A stretch of 64,000 bases of DNA from Promethearchaeota archaeon (GTDB lineage: Archaea; Asgardarchaeota; Lokiarchaeia; Sigyniarchaeales; SOKP01): the NCBI GenBank assembly GCA_048941015.1, contig JBHLNZ010000005.1, forward strand, positions 1 through 64,000. Direction: 5' to 3'. The position numbers were made by a program, and so were the translations under genes. Below, in pieces: positions 62,824 to 64,000 of the stretch (positions within the stretch are counted from its first letter, which is position 1; every line of letters begins with the position of its first letter). Below the pieces are notes generated by a model. It saw nothing but the letters and a program-made list of their open reading frames with translations. It was not told the DNA's origin and ran no database searches.

Positions 62824-62844
62824 AAATCTCAATATATGAGATTT
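62824..62844. promoter_or_regulatory. Inverted repeat between rps7 and the HTH/ATP-cone gene
   Basis: AAATCTCA-ATATA-TGAGATTT. Confidence 0.35.
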
Positions 62845-62906
62845 CAATTATTATAAAATCAAATTTTTATTGAGTTAATAATAATAGAAAATTTAGATCT
62901 CTTATT

Positions 62907-63524
62907 TTATCTCGCTGAAACTGCAATTCTCTCAATTTCATCTTTTCTTTTAACTGCCCTTGATTCTTGACTATTACTTGCAGCTAAAATTAATTCTTGT
63001 GCAATATTAGCCTCAAAAATCCTTTCACTAGAATGAGATCTACCACCAATTGCTTGAACTAAATACTTGATTGCTAAGTCTACGCGGCGCTGTGGTGCGA
63101 TATCTACTGCTGACGCATATGAAATCCCCCCCATGGCAATCTTAGTGGTTTCTTCTCTCGGAGCAGTATTACAAATCGCATCTACCAGAACTTGTATTGG
63201 ATTATTGCCAGTATTTAACTCAATTATTTTAAAAGCTGCCTTTAGACTTTTAATTAATTTATTTTTTTTACCTGAACTATAGGAACTTTTATGACCTTTA
63301 ATTTTTGAACTGATAAATCCAGGAGCTAGTAGTCTATTAGCAAATCTCTCAATTATAGATACACGTGAAGTTTTCCAAAATCTTCTATGCTCATGTCTCC
63401 CTGCTGAGTGAGGAACAATTATAGGCCTTAAATTTATATACTTTTCTAAGGTCCAATCACTGACTTCAATACCATCAAAAGACCATTCATTGAAGAGTTT
63501 AATATCTTTTTTACTTTTACTCAT
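62907..63524 (-). CDS. rps7: 30S ribosomal protein S7
   Basis: PHSAGRH, NPIQVLVDAI.N.APREE and VDIAPQRR. Confidence 0.97.
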   Translation of the reverse strand: MSKSKKDIKLFNEWSFDGIEVSDWTLEKYINLRPIIVPHSAGRHEHRRFWKTSRVSIIERFANRLLAPGFISSKIKGHKSSYSSGKKNKLIKSLKAAFKIIELNTGNNPIQVLVDAICNTAPREETTKIAMGGISYASAVDIAPQRRVDLAIKYLVQAIGGRSHSSERIFEANIAQELILAASNSQESRAVKRKDEIERIAVSAR

Positions 63525-63529
63525 AGAGT

Positions 63530-63964
63530 TTACCTCATTGGCTTCTCTTTAATACCTTTTATTAATGCGTCTAAGCTAACTCCATTTACCTTAATAACTT
63601 TCCATCTTACTCCAGGAAGATCGCCGATACTTCTACCTTTCGCGCCTCCGATACCTTCAAGAAGAACTCTATCATGTTCTTCTATAAAATTAAGTGCTCC
63701 ATCTCCAGGGAGGAAGGCAGTTACACCTTTTCCATTTTTTTTAAGTTGAACTCGAACACATTTTCTGATTGCTGAATTAGGTTGCTTACTCTCCCTTCCT
63801 ACTTTCTGTAAGACAATTCCGAGAGCCTGTGGAGCACCCTCAAAAGGATCCACTTTCTGTTTTAATTTAAGCTTTTTTCTTTTATACTTTGTTTTACTCC
63901 ATCGGAAGCGTCGACGGTTTTTCCTTAATTGACGAGCCGCATAGAGTCCTTTTGGTTTACCCAT
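63530..63964 (-). CDS. rps12: 30S ribosomal protein S12
   Basis: [22 protein letters not shown] and GDLPGVR. Confidence 0.98.
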   Translation of the reverse strand: MGKPKGLYAARQLRKNRRRFRWSKTKYKRKKLKLKQKVDPFEGAPQALGIVLQKVGRESKQPNSAIRKCVRVQLKKNGKGVTAFLPGDGALNFIEEHDRVLLEGIGGAKGRSIGDLPGVRWKVIKVNGVSLDALIKGIKEKPMR

Positions 63965-64000
63965 AATGATACTCTTAAGTTGAACTAATTATGATAAATT

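Noticed and set aside
485-63282. Numerous short ORFs (60-126 aa) antisense to or nested in long genes, e.g. 860..1168, 3483..3845, 29620..30000, 32323..32658, 48392..48646
   Set aside because: They are shadow frames of well-supported genes, with S/F/I/L-rich composition and no motifs.
1-64000. tRNA, rRNA, CRISPR arrays, transposases, proviral genes
   Set aside because: I saw no GC-rich structured intergenic tract, spaced repeat array or recombinase motif. A covariance-model scan would be needed to exclude small RNAs.

Overview
AT-rich, gene-dense archaeal chromosome segment, most consistent with an Asgard archaeon of the Lokiarchaeia type. That assignment is an inference from the archaeal information-processing genes together with Arf/Rag-like small GTPases, a longin-like protein, a eukaryote-like STT3 and an EF-2 with an altered diphthamide loop. 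Housekeeping genes include acs, tfb, taw1, EF-2, cca, aIF5B, uvrBA, aglB, truA, rfcS, eno, csl4, rpoL, EF-1alpha, aIF2alpha, nop10, GINS, priS/priL, PCNA, TFS, S27e, L44e, pyrB, S7 and S12. I found no tRNA, rRNA, CRISPR array or transposase. Main observations: (1) Three genes have conserved N-termini that cannot start at ATG/GTG/TTG. Two appear to start at ATA, including a 160-aa gene missing from the ORF track. (2) Several apparently dead enzymes may be reused as regulators: a wHTH + ATP-cone + inactive class III ribonucleotide reductase, a CoA-transferase lacking its catalytic Glu fused to a Pat-type acetyltransferase opposite acs, and a Rab-like pseudo-GTPase heading a 1239-aa solenoid. (3) An approximately 8-TM protein carries a C-terminal TIR domain. 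(4) AglB/STT3 has five extra Ig-like repeats, and Taw1 has an inserted winged-helix. All protein calls come from motif recognition by eye; no database searches were run.
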